Positions 12,701-22,579 are shown, numbered from the stretch's first letter. The stretch is DNA of 64,000 nucleotides from Eutreptiella sp. 'Long Island Sound 2002' (GCA_964036045.1 OZ038378.1:20460001-20524000), one strand, 5' to 3'. Notes: a model not told the origin generated them from the letters alone. Numbers and translations are program-made.

Positions 12701-14575
12701 CAAAATCTTTAGAGCATCTGCACCAGAGATAGTAAGACGTCGCAATGAGAGTTGATGGTCCCAGAATTGAACATTCATCAAAGCACATTGAGTGATGGTT
12801 TTGAGCATTTTGTGACGTACGAGCCATCGAATGAAACCCTTGGATCGTCGTTTTTGGGTGTTGAGTGTGGGTGGATTGTTGGCAATAGTTTGCTGTTCAA
12901 TACGATCAGCTCCTGAGTGTGACAGCATTTTGACAGGGATGGGTAGGAAATTAAAAAATCCTAGAGTGTGCAATGTACGAAAATAAAGCGGTCCTTTATA
13001 AGGGGAGGTATGTTGAAGTTTGGCCCATGCCATGGCCTGTTGCAATTCCTCTCGCCAACGAGCAAACACCGTACGGGGTCGAGAAATGACACCCGTTTGT
13101 CCATAATATATGGCAGTGAGGAGCGGGGAGAAGGATGCATATAACCATTGTCCGGGTTGTTCCATACCTTTGAGCGCAGCCCAATCAACGAGACACAGAA
13201 GCTTTCGAATATGAGCCATAGGCGCATAAGGCAGGATAGGGATACATCGAGTAACAGACCTCTGAATGGCAGTCCATGCATTGGGCCGATTAAGGTTTTC
13301 AAATGCATCTTGACGGATCAGTCGTTCAGTGTTCCATACATGCCAGAAAAACTGTTTGCCATCACATGGGGGGACATATGCTGGCACACCGGAAGTAACA
13401 TGGACATATGGTACAGGGGGATGGGCTGGCATATATGTAGCAGGCACTTTGGGCATACAAATATGGGTAGGCAAAGTAACAAATTTATGTCCAATGTGTT
13501 TAAGTGGTGAAGCTGTGATGGCTGTGAATGTAGAGGTGTTAATGGGCCACAAAATGGATGCCAACGGGTTTTGGAAAAGCCATAGGGCTTCAGATGTGGA
13601 CGTAGAATATGTGAGTTGGCTGGCATATCGTTCCAGACACCAGTTGGGAATATGTACACTGAGATCAGGTGTCAGCAAAAGAACAAACCGTGCAGGTGCT
13701 GATGGATACAGTAAACACTGCAACATTGCAGGGAAAATATTGTATGTGGTATTATGCAGGTATGGACGGTAGCATATACAGTTAACATATCGTTTGGCCT
13801 GGAGGAAGGACCATGGGGAAACGTACCAGTCCATGGTATCCGTATCAGCCGCAGGAATATGCATGTATGGCAAAACAGAATGATGGTTCAAGGGAGCATG
13901 CAGTTCCATATCCACTCCCAGCGCGATATGGAGACTTCGTGTGAGCATATGAAGGGTTGCCTTGTATTGTCGATGTGTATATGGTGCTGTAGGTTTTTGT
14001 ACATGTGGGATATAATACAGTAGATTCCAGAGGTAATTAGTAAGTTTCAAAAGCCATGGTAAAAAGCAACGAATAGTAGAAGGTAAAATATCAATCCAAC
14101 AGGCGAGTCCCCTACAACGACAGAATTGGAGCCACATGGTACGTAAGTAGGGGTAACGATATGTAGAATGAGCAAAAGCACGAACAAATTGGGATGGTGG
14201 ATAGGGAGAGTCCATACAAAAGGGGGCAATGACATCAGACGGATCACAGGAGGGGCGGGACAATTTTTGTGACTGCTTGACATCATTGAGCATGCTATGT
14301 AAACAGTCCTGCATTTTATTAAGTCCCAAAAATTCTTCAAGAACATCCAGATGACTGAGACCATGTCGTATGTCAGCAAGTTGATTCACTTGATTCGGTA
14401 GAGCATCAGAATCCATAAACCAGTACTGACATGTCCAGAAACAGGATGGTATCACCCACTGCTGGGAAAAGATGGAAAGGGATGGGAAACAAGGTGGTCG
14501 ACTTGAGAAGACCGGTCTCTGTGTTCGTGGGCATGAACAAGTCCAATACAGAAAATTGGAAGACCGGTCACACAA
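9797..14575 (-). CDS. PLE ORF2, 1592 aa uninterrupted: PCIF1-like methyltransferase fold, GIY-YIG endonuclease, reverse transcriptase
   Basis: GIY-YIG at about 12855-13150 (WLYA...IYYGQT...RWREE...RIEQQ...TLN). RT at about 10700-11900 (ELDLKRMFPSL, RYVDNVV, thumb SRYPDVHS). First ATG at 14416; the frame is open from 14641. Confidence 0.92.
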   Translation of the reverse strand: MCDRSSNFLYWTCSCPRTQRPVFSSRPPCFPSLSIFSQQWVIPSCFWTCQYWFMDSDALPNQVNQLADIRHGLSHLDVLEEFLGLNKMQDCLHSMLNDVKQSQKLSRPSCDPSDVIAPFCMDSPYPPSQFVRAFAHSTYRYPYLRTMWLQFCRCRGLACWIDILPSTIRCFLPWLLKLTNYLWNLLYYIPHVQKPTAPYTHRQYKATLHMLTRSLHIALGVDMELHAPLNHHSVLPYMHIPAADTDTMDWYVSPWSFLQAKRYVNCICYRPYLHNTTYNIFPAMLQCLLYPSAPARFVLLLTPDLSVHIPNWCLERYASQLTYSTSTSEALWLFQNPLASILWPINTSTFTAITASPLKHIGHKFVTLPTHICMPKVPATYMPAHPPVPYVHVTSGVPAYVPPCDGKQFFWHVWNTERLIRQDAFENLNRPNAWTAIQRSVTRCIPILPYAPMAHIRKLLCLVDWAALKGMEQPGQWLYASFSPLLTAIYYGQTGVISRPRTVFARWREELQQAMAWAKLQHTSPYKGPLYFRTLHTLGFFNFLPIPVKMLSHSGADRIEQQTIANNPPTLNTQKRRSKGFIRWLVRHKMLKTITQCALMNVQFWDHQLSLRRLTISGADALKILVQAKGVVPAWKFHVMQTRFFPLINRHFHIDMPYFLLLRIPCITALDVVHIKKWFADFIHATTLPRILKQYLHKILIVPLCHPHKLSQTFTQDRLQLSIADYQNYVTAHSHEDNFIATGPEIVTPQHPTPLTQLLHAPLNHTIIPASVTAHRRLAEHLESLKSQLPKAAPFPFTQFAAKVHTLLTSTLQSSSVAQSCIRTATLKSFQHTFPELLPVRVDKYPLLYAVATIVTFYRLILYVFTQAVNYRHLFTCRSPTRARNVLLLYYNLCVRVYPEILNHLSPLRLRNTLSLQVPILKGISIKTPLLPVPSHPITPQTLCTVKNILLHDAQQQMHLTDNILYAPPIYPYGHRHTKQVYPPSVILSIKGKSLPYQPTQPIADVATREIFSNGAHPWKRHSRIVSRAASVACRLFQSSFFSLQILTQQQLVTQFLRPAQQYFSALNVDVAGFELDLKRMFPSLDRSMLRPAYTNLFDRCTKMYCYRRTEKDIYISVAHGSDSQLDCIGKKSPKYYSVFSSRELVDRITLDAYLNDLFQIGSDIFEQYTGVAIGAQMASQNANVILMHAESTINWDARLPEHTKLCRYVDNVVGLCPKHNLLATVQRVKRLLTEIYRVPLTVEQLGTSFNTLQLQISCVGPEIHWGMKNKVLLSCLTPRIPVSRYPDVHSLHAARIVHGMAVNLVNLASILHTHPVLFISNCAHIVWEFLQKTYPLSWWMPVVRRAYSSYSDLPLTWNQFLDELPWVVPCPPKYCLLQSASLLTTTSLKSVPTFSLTTSILPPVLSLKHMELLVEKTAPVTYLPRVLWYSTIFSYIPYSTIYQLCTTAKYIFVHFWFHLPLSLVTQRWPVFLPLCRVATKLCFAVPSRNLAIFYMFLLRTWSKKLCKGLTFLMKLVAHYAISPLITEHKVPQLPNPPIGGKGRQRAAKRCRFLDVTSVSDSLAHTSMPDSRLQLLEYMADHPLPKRRCRQR

Positions 14576-14622
14576 GGGCGTAAGCGCCGGGGAAAGGGCA
14601 ATACGGGGTCGTAGGGGCTCAG

Positions 14623-15744
14623 CTACACATTTTTTGCGACATCAGCGGTAGCTGCAAGATTGTTGTGCACCCCTCGGACAGTAACATTGGGAACAGGAGT
14701 TCCATCATCGTCGACGGCAACTGCCTCAAATTTGTCGTTGTCAATGAGTTCAGTGATACGACCAGGACAAGCAACCCACGGTTCAACGTTAGAGCGACGG
14801 AAGGTGAACCAAACAGCTTGGCCTTTGACCGGCTGCTCCGGGGACCGGCAATCATCAGAAAAAACGTACAGCGTAAGGGATTTTCCAGCAAGCGCCGCAT
14901 CAATCTTGTTGCCAAGAGAATCAACTTTCCGATGAATTTCGTGTTTGAACTGGTTCATACCATCTTCCAAAGCATCCATGCGTCGATGAAGTGGGTCGGG
15001 GTCCGGTAAGTCCAGCGCCATAGACTGGGGTACATCGGCAGATTGAGATTGAGAAAACAAATCGGGTTGTGAATAGGGAAGAGAAGAGTTGGTACTTTGA
15101 GATTGAGAAAGAGGGGGCTGTCCACTTTGCAGCGATCGCGCCACCGCCAAATTCAGCGTGGGACGGCCCAGCACAATGGGAGTAAGGGACTGAGCAGGAG
15201 GAGTAGCGCTCTGGAAAAGTTCCATTTTCAAATCAATGTCGCCGTCTTTGCTGGACTTCAGGCGATTGATAGCATCATCTCGATGTTCATTGGTGGCAAA
15301 ACCAAGAAGAACGTTGGTATTTTTTGCATAGATGCATTCCAAATTGGAAATTGCCTTGGACAGAATTTCTTTGTCCATATCATCCGCCTGCCTGGTAAGA
15401 TGAATGACGATGCCCCATTTAATGTTTTTCTTAAGAAGAACATCAGCATGCTGCGGCAGGGCATCCGCCAAAATTTCACGCACCGTATTGGCCATAGCAT
15501 CCGGATCGGAAACGCGAGGCATAGTGCCGGTGGCAGAATCCAAAAGGCAATCGGACTGTTTATGCCCCACAAGCTTTTTGTGAAATTCACACCAATACTG
15601 TGGTTTGCCAGTACCAGGCCACGTACCAACAGCTTCGTCGCCATTTTTGTAATTGTCAGGGCGCTTTTGAAGTGCACTGTTTTCGGGACAATTTTTAGAG
15701 AAGTGACCCGTTTTGTGGCACTTGAAACATGTAAGGGTTGTCAT
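14623..15744 (-). CDS. PLE ORF1, 373 aa: CCHC zinc knuckle, second Cys/His finger, RRM-like segment, coiled coil, Tudor-like C-terminus
   Basis: CFKCHKTGHFSKNC (CX2CX4HX4C); WCEFHKKLVGHKQSDC; VLLGFATNEHRDDAINRL (RRM beta3-alpha2-like); heptads LHRRMDALEDGMNQFKHEIHRKVDSLGNKIDAAL. ATG at 15744. Confidence 0.85.
   Translation of the reverse strand: MTTLTCFKCHKTGHFSKNCPENSALQKRPDNYKNGDEAVGTWPGTGKPQYWCEFHKKLVGHKQSDCLLDSATGTMPRVSDPDAMANTVREILADALPQHADVLLKKNIKWGIVIHLTRQADDMDKEILSKAISNLECIYAKNTNVLLGFATNEHRDDAINRLKSSKDGDIDLKMELFQSATPPAQSLTPIVLGRPTLNLAVARSLQSGQPPLSQSQSTNSSLPYSQPDLFSQSQSADVPQSMALDLPDPDPLHRRMDALEDGMNQFKHEIHRKVDSLGNKIDAALAGKSLTLYVFSDDCRSPEQPVKGQAVWFTFRRSNVEPWVACPGRITELIDNDKFEAVAVDDDGTPVPNVTVRGVHNNLAATADVAKNV
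14629..14635 (-). promoter_or_regulatory. Candidate -1 ribosomal frameshift slippery heptamer A AAA AAU joining PLE ORF1 to ORF2 (second copy at 18687-18693)
   Basis: ORF1 reads GCA AAA AAT GTG TAG. The -1 frame is open from 14641 into ORF2 and is bounded upstream by a TGA at 14644-14642. Confidence 0.5.
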
Positions 15745-15843
15745 GATGACGTTGTCAAGGACCGGTTGTGATAGTACAAGCGGCAGCAAGAGATGAGCTG
15801 AGAGGTCGAACACCGCGCGTACAAGCAGCTATCCTCAGCGCAC

Positions 15844-16308
15844 ACAGTGCAGCAATGTAAGCAAGAAAAAGCCGATTCTCAACAGAGCATGAATCTTTGA
15901 CAGTAAGAGGAAAATGTTGCTCTCATGTATGTCCGGGAGATGAATGACGTCACAAACCGTTCACAAGGTTAGACAGGTCACTGCAACGTTGACTAGCAAT
16001 TAGCATTGTGACGTGCACATGAAACGCTTTGACGTGGCGACTTCACAATTCGTGAGGAACAAGATATGTAATCGCTCTGCACAATGGCGAAGAACAGTTT
16101 CATGTGGTCGGCGATACAAATCATAGTCAATCGTCTTACCTACAGCAAAATCATTCTCGTGAACCACAGAACCAGACAAAGCAAGGGAGGAACCATTCCT
16201 ATGACCGTCAAGCAGGATTTCTCGTAACCTTTTCATGAAGCGCTTACATCTAGAATTGCAGTCCGTACAACCGTTCAATCCAGGCATTGGAAGGTTCAGG
16301 ATATATTC
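15844..16308. repeat. PLE pseudo-LTR copy 2, followed by (CA)9
   Basis: Direct repeat of 9301-9765. Confidence 0.95.
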
Positions 16309-18633
16309 ACACACACACACACACACCGGAATAATTGTATGGTTGAGGGGTGCGTGCAACAATTGGGTAAGGGGTGTGGGGTGTTGGGGCGTCACAATTT
16401 CCGGTCCTGTTGCAATGAAATTATCTTCGTGAGAATGAGCAGTCACATAATTCTGATAATCAGCAATGGACAATTGCAAACGATCCTGGGTGAAGGTCTG
16501 TGACAATTTGTGTGGGTGGCAGAGGGGTACAATCAGGATTTTGTGGAGGTATTGTTTGAGAATTCGGGGCAAAGTAGTAGCATGAATGAAATCAGCAAAC
16601 CACTTCTTGATGTGCACCACATCCAGGGCAGTAATGCAGGGGATACGTAAGAGCAGAAAATATGGCATGTCGATGTGGAAATGTCTATTGATCAATGGGA
16701 AGAACCGTGTTTGCATGACGTGGAATTTCCAAGCTGGGACCACACCTTTTGCTTGCACCAAAATCTTTAGAGCATCTGCACCAGAGATAGTAAGACGTCG
16801 CAATGAGAGTTGATGGTCCCAGAATTGAACATTCATCAAAGCACATTGAGTGATGGTTTTGAGCATTTTGTGACGTACGAGCCATCGAATGAAACCCTTG
16901 GATCGTCGTTTTTGGGTGTTGAGTGTGGGTGGATTGTTGGCAATAGTTTGCTGTTCAATACGATCAGCTCCTGAGTGTGACAGCATTTTGACAGGGATGG
17001 GTAGGAAATTAAAAAATCCTAGAGTGTGCAATGTACGAAAATAAAGCGGTCCTTTATAAGGGGAGGTATGTTGAAGTTTGGCCCATGCCATGGCCTGTTG
17101 CAATTCCTCTCGCCAACGAGCAAACACCGTACGGGGTCGAGAAATGACACCCGTTTGTCCATAATATATGGCAGTGAGGAGCGGGGAGAAGGATGCATAT
17201 AACCATTGTCCGGGTTGTTCCATACCTTTGAGCGCAGCCCAATCAACGAGACACAGAAGCTTTCGAATATGAGCCATAGGCGCATAAGGCAGGATAGGGA
17301 TACATCGAGTAACAGACCTCTGAATGGCAGTCCATGCATTGGGCCGATTAAGGTTTTCAAATGCATCTTGACGGATCAGTCGTTCAGTGTTCCATACATG
17401 CCAGAAAAACTGTTTGCCATCACATGGGGGGACATATGCTGGCACACCGGAAGCAACATGGACATATGGTACAGGGGGATGGGCTGGCATATATGTAGCA
17501 GGCACTTTGGGCATACAAATATGGGTAGGCAAAGTAACAAATTTATGTCCAATGTGTTTAAGTGGTGAAGCTGTGATGGCTGTGAATGTAGAGGTGTTAA
17601 TGGGCCACAAAATGGATGCCAACGGGTTTTGGAAAAGCCATAGGGCTTCAGATGTGGACGTAGAATATGTGAGTTGGCTGGCATATCGTTCCAGACACCA
17701 GTTGGGAATATGTACACTGAGATCAGGTGTCAGCAAAAGAACAAACCGTGCAGGTGCTGATGGATACAGTAAACACTGCAACATTGCAGGGAAAATATTG
17801 TATGTGGTATTATGCAGGTATGGACGGTAGCATATACAGTTAACATATCGTTTGGCCTGGAGGAAGGACCATGGGGAAACGTACCAGTCCATGGTATCCG
17901 TATCAGCCGCAGGAATATGCATGTATGGCAAAACAGAATGATGGTTCAAGGGAGCATGCAGTTCCATATCCACTCCCAGCGCGATATGGAGACTTCGTGT
18001 GAGCATATGAAGGGTTGCCTTGTATTGTCGATGTGTATATGGTGCTGTAGGTTTTTGTACATGTGGGATATAATACAGTAGATTCCAGAGGTAATTAGTA
18101 AGTTTCAAAAGCCATGGTAAAAAGCAACGAATAGTAGAAGGTAAAATATCAATCCAACAGGCGAGTCCCCTACAACGACAGAATTGGAGCCACATGGTAC
18201 GTAAGTAGGGGTAACGATATGTAGAATGAGCAAAAGCACGAACAAATTGGGATGGTGGATAGGGAGAGTCCATACAAAAGGGGGCAATGACATCAGACGG
18301 ATCACAGGAGGGGCGGGACAATTTTTGTGACTGCTTGACATCATTGAGCATGCTATGTAAACAGTCCTGCATTTTATTAAGTCCCAAAAATTCTTCAAGA
18401 ACATCCAGATGACTGAGACCATGTCGTATGTCAGCAAGTTGATTCACTTGATTCGGTAGAGCATCAGAATCCATAAACCAGTACTGACATGTCCAGAAAC
18501 AGGATGGTATCACCCACTGCTGGGAAAAGATGGAAAGGGATGGGAAACAAGGCGGTCGACTTGAGAAGACCGGTCTCTGTGTTCGTGGGCATGAACAAGT
18601 CCAATACAGAAAATTGGAAGACCGGTCACACAA
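16000..18633 (-). CDS. 3'-truncated PLE ORF2 (877-aa open frame: PCIF1-like and GIY-YIG, no RT) fused in frame to a reading frame inside the pseudo-LTR
   Basis: Matches 12268-14575, then runs through (TG)n into the pLTR sequence (...TIIP-VCVCVCEYILNL...). Confidence 0.85.
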   Translation of the reverse strand: MCDRSSNFLYWTCSCPRTQRPVFSSRPPCFPSLSIFSQQWVIPSCFWTCQYWFMDSDALPNQVNQLADIRHGLSHLDVLEEFLGLNKMQDCLHSMLNDVKQSQKLSRPSCDPSDVIAPFCMDSPYPPSQFVRAFAHSTYRYPYLRTMWLQFCRCRGLACWIDILPSTIRCFLPWLLKLTNYLWNLLYYIPHVQKPTAPYTHRQYKATLHMLTRSLHIALGVDMELHAPLNHHSVLPYMHIPAADTDTMDWYVSPWSFLQAKRYVNCICYRPYLHNTTYNIFPAMLQCLLYPSAPARFVLLLTPDLSVHIPNWCLERYASQLTYSTSTSEALWLFQNPLASILWPINTSTFTAITASPLKHIGHKFVTLPTHICMPKVPATYMPAHPPVPYVHVASGVPAYVPPCDGKQFFWHVWNTERLIRQDAFENLNRPNAWTAIQRSVTRCIPILPYAPMAHIRKLLCLVDWAALKGMEQPGQWLYASFSPLLTAIYYGQTGVISRPRTVFARWREELQQAMAWAKLQHTSPYKGPLYFRTLHTLGFFNFLPIPVKMLSHSGADRIEQQTIANNPPTLNTQKRRSKGFIRWLVRHKMLKTITQCALMNVQFWDHQLSLRRLTISGADALKILVQAKGVVPAWKFHVMQTRFFPLINRHFHIDMPYFLLLRIPCITALDVVHIKKWFADFIHATTLPRILKQYLHKILIVPLCHPHKLSQTFTQDRLQLSIADYQNYVTAHSHEDNFIATGPEIVTPQHPTPLTQLLHAPLNHTIIPVCVCVCEYILNLPMPGLNGCTDCNSRCKRFMKRLREILLDGHRNGSSLALSGSVVHENDFAVGKTIDYDLYRRPHETVLRHCAERLHILFLTNCEVATSKRFMCTSQC

Positions 18634-18680
18634 GGGCGTAAGCGCCGGGGAAAGGGCAATACGGGGTCGTAGGGGCTCAG

Positions 18681-19802
18681 CTACACATTTTTTGCGACAT
18701 CAGCGGTAGCTGCAAGATTGTTGTGCACCCCTCGGACAGTAACATTGGGAACAGGAGTTCCATCATCGTCGACGGCAACTGCCTCAAATTTGTCGTTGTC
18801 AATGAGTTCAGTGATACGACCAGGACAAGCAACCCACGGTTCAACGTTAGAGCGACGGAAGGTGAACCAAACAGCTTGGCCTTTGACCGGCTGCTCCGGG
18901 GACCGGCAATCATCAGAAAAAACGTACAGCGTAAGGGATTTTCCAGCAAGCGCCGCATCAATCTTGTTGCCAAGAGAATCAACTTTCCGATGAATTTCGT
19001 GTTTGAACTGGTTCATACCATCTTCCAAAGCATCCATGCGTCGATGAAGTGGGTCGGGGTCCGGTAAGTCCAGCGCCATAGACTGGGGTACATCGGCAGA
19101 TTGAGATTGAGAAAACAAATCGGGTTGTGAATAGGGAAGAGAAGAGTTGGTACTTTGAGATTGAGAAAGAGGGGGCTGTCCACTTTGCAGCGATCGCGCC
19201 ACCGCCAAATTCAGCGTGGGACGGCCCAGCACAATGGGAGTAAGGGACTGAGCAGGAGGAGTAGCGCTCTGGAAAAGTTCCATTTTCAAATCAATGTCGC
19301 CGTCTTTGCTGGACTTCAGGCGATTGATAGCATCATCTCGATGTTCATTGGTGGCAAAACCAAGAAGAACGTTGGTATTTTTTGCATAGATGCATTCCAA
19401 ATTGGAAATTGCCTTGGACAGAATTTCTTTGTCCATATCATCCGCCTGCCTGGTAAGATGAATGACGATGCCCCATTTAATGTTTTTCTTAAGAAGAACA
19501 TCAGCATGCTGCGGCAGGGCATCCGCCAAAATTTCACGCACCGTATTGGCCATAGCATCCGGATCGGAAACGCGAGGCATAGTGCCGGTGGCAGAATCCA
19601 AAAGGCAATCGGACTGTTTATGCCCCACAAGCTTTTTGTGAAATTCACACCAATACTGTGGTTTGCCAGTACCAGGCCACGTACCAACAGCTTCGTCGCC
19701 ATTTTTGTAATTGTCAGGGCGCTTTTGAAGTGCACTGTTTTCGGGACAATTTTTAGAGAAGTGACCCGTTTTGTGGCACTTGAAACACGTAAGGGTTGTC
19801 AT
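18681..19802 (-). CDS. PLE ORF1, second copy (373 aa)
   Basis: Same protein as 14623-15744, with one synonymous change at 19788. Confidence 0.85.
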   Translation of the reverse strand: MTTLTCFKCHKTGHFSKNCPENSALQKRPDNYKNGDEAVGTWPGTGKPQYWCEFHKKLVGHKQSDCLLDSATGTMPRVSDPDAMANTVREILADALPQHADVLLKKNIKWGIVIHLTRQADDMDKEILSKAISNLECIYAKNTNVLLGFATNEHRDDAINRLKSSKDGDIDLKMELFQSATPPAQSLTPIVLGRPTLNLAVARSLQSGQPPLSQSQSTNSSLPYSQPDLFSQSQSADVPQSMALDLPDPDPLHRRMDALEDGMNQFKHEIHRKVDSLGNKIDAALAGKSLTLYVFSDDCRSPEQPVKGQAVWFTFRRSNVEPWVACPGRITELIDNDKFEAVAVDDDGTPVPNVTVRGVHNNLAATADVAKNV

Positions 19803-19901
19803 GATGACGTTGTCAAGGACCGGTTGTGATAGTACAAGCGGCAGCAAGAGATGAGCTGAGAGGTCGAACACCGCGCGTACAAGCAGCTATCCTCAGCGCA
19901 C

Positions 19902-20365
19902 ACAGTGCAGCAATGTAAGCAAGAAAAAGCCGATTCTCAACAGAGCATGAATCTTTGACAGTAAGAGGAAAATGTTGCTCTCATGTATGTCCGGGAGATG
20001 AATGACGTCACAAACCGTTCACAAGGTTAGACAGGTCACTGCAACGTTGACTAGCAATTAGCATTGTGACGTGCACATGAAACGCTTTGACGTGGCGACT
20101 TCACAATTCGTGAGGAACAAGATATGTAATCGCTCTGCACAATGGCGAAGAACAGTTTCATGTGGTCGGCGATACAAATCATAGTCAATCGTCTTACCTA
20201 CAGCAAAATCATTCTCGTGAACCACAGAACCAGACAAAGCAAGGGAGGAACCATTCCTATGACCGTCAAGCAGGATTTCTCGTAACCTTTTCATGAAGCG
20301 CTTACATCTAGAATTGCAGTCCGTACAACCGTTCAATCCAGGCATTGGAAGGTTCAGGATATATT

Positions 20366-20366
<1 letters not shown>
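19902..20366. repeat. PLE pseudo-LTR copy 3
   Basis: Direct repeat of 9301-9765. Confidence 0.95.
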
Positions 20367-20593
<227 letters not shown>

Positions 20594-22579
20594 GATGGAT
20601 GCAGAGCGACAAGAACGGAAGGGGGACTAAGAACACTGACAACCCTGAAAGCAGTGAGGGGGGCAACTCTTCTTGTCAGGCCACAAAAATAGTACAATGA
20701 ATTGGTTATGAGGAATGCTTGCCGCCTTTTGAAAGAAACGGATGCCGAGAGAACGCTCACCCGCCACTCACTCCCTCACCCACTCACTCACTCACTTGCC
20801 TTTGGCAGACGCTAAAACGTTCCCCTGATTGTACTGCTCAGACTTCCACTCCAGCCTAAGCGCCGAAAACCTCATGGTTGTCGGATTGCTGGGAATTGGC
20901 CCACGAGATTGGTTCCCACCTAAGGAGGGCTCCAGTCTATGGAATGGTCCACTGCCACAGTGCTTACCAAATTGATTCCCACCGTTTCACAGCGTGCTCA
21001 GAGTGGGCATCGTGACCCACAACACCGGAGCCCCATACCACGGCAGTGCGCCCTGCCTCCATACCATCACCGAAATGGGTTCTGTTACAAACAAAATTTC
21101 CTGGCGAAGTGTCGCGCGCAGGTTGTTGGATAAAAGGGCCGACAAAGGGTTGGGGAACCATGAAGGCAGAAGAATCTTCAGGTATGTACAGCCGAGAACA
21201 TAATCTGTCTGAGGATGGGAAAGATCCCTGCACAAGCACGACGGCAGAGAAGGTGGGCTCGTGGTCAACACCAACACGGCACAACCTGAGCTGTGGGTTT
21301 CGTGGCCAGAATGGTTGGAAAGCAGCAGACTATGGAAGTGGTCATTGTGTACCACTGCAGATCTCTTCAGCCTTCCTGAACCAGCCCAGGGGTGTCACAA
21401 CATCACAGACTCCTAGGGCACGTGAACCCTAGGGGTCCACACCTTTTGGGGGGGCAAAAAAATTAAAGTGCGGGGCAATGGGGGTGGCCCTAGAAAACCC
21501 CAACCCCCCTTTGGGACCTGTGCAAGCGGCTTTCACATGACATGTATGAGCCCCGGAGAGGGAATGGAAAGGAATTTGATGGTGTGCTGCACCCAGCGAC
21601 TAGGCACCAAGAACTAGGTGCCATGGCTGTTGTGGCACGACCCGATGGGCGGGGTGGGCAGCACCAAGCATACTAAACACCTAAGGAGCGCTCAAAATGG
21701 GCGCACGATGCAGCACGTCCCCGGGGTCAACCATCAAGGCAAGATTGGTGAAAAATTGCAAAGGCGCCCGGAGAGAAAGGGGCGGGGGGGCTTGGACCCC
21801 GGAAAATGAGCGGGGGGGGGGGGTTCGAAAAAGGATATCTCAGACATTCGTGTCGGAGAGCCAAGGGTGCGACACAGGTATCGCGACCAGGTTTGCCATG
21901 GCTCACCCTGGCAAGAGAACCTTAGACCCCACAAATTGCGGCATGTCGCAAACTCACCGTGCTCAGCCCGACAAATAAGGGCGCTTGACCAGCCCCACCA
22001 AAACGTCCTCGACAACGTGTGTTAGCGAGCCAATCGTGTTCTCCAAAGGAAAAAAACGTCTGTGCACCGACATATTGACAACCATTTGCATGTATGGTAT
22101 TGCAAATCCACTTGTAGGACGTTGTGAGATCAACACAGGAATTGCTTTTACTCCTCGCCTTAACTAAATATTGGAAGACCGAAAGGGGTTTGGATGGGGT
22201 TTCATGGGAGGTGGGCGACTTCCTTCGCACCCGGAGATGCCCAATAACGACCATACGTTCCTTTCGCCGCCATGATTGTGGGGCTTCCAAAATTAGAGCT
22301 ATTGACCAAGCGAGTAGCAAGTGTGTGTGGGCCAAGGTATCTTGATGGATGAAGCTAGGGTTATTTTCAGCGGTGATCCATATCTAGTGGTTGGTTGTAC
22401 ATTGCGTTGTGATTTGCACTCATAGACGCGAGATTGTTCCTCAACCTCACCGACCGGCAGTTAACTAATTGCATAGATCCTAGACAATGAAAATAAAGAG
22501 GCGACAAAGAATCAAAGCGCCTTTGTGAAGCGTAATTCAATCTTCGCGCATGTGCATGGTGAACGTGCAAAGCATGTCT

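Noticed and set aside
15810-15860. Hammerhead ribozyme in or near the pseudo-LTR (CTGAGGA on the minus strand; CTGATGAAAC near 10035)
   Set aside because: No stem II plus GAAA core could be built by eye. N-terminal-EN PLEs are reported to lack canonical hammerheads. A covariance-model search would settle it.
21922-22345. Possible decayed RT or host exon
   Set aside because: Only a vague resemblance (VDLTTSY), with no second motif or splice support.
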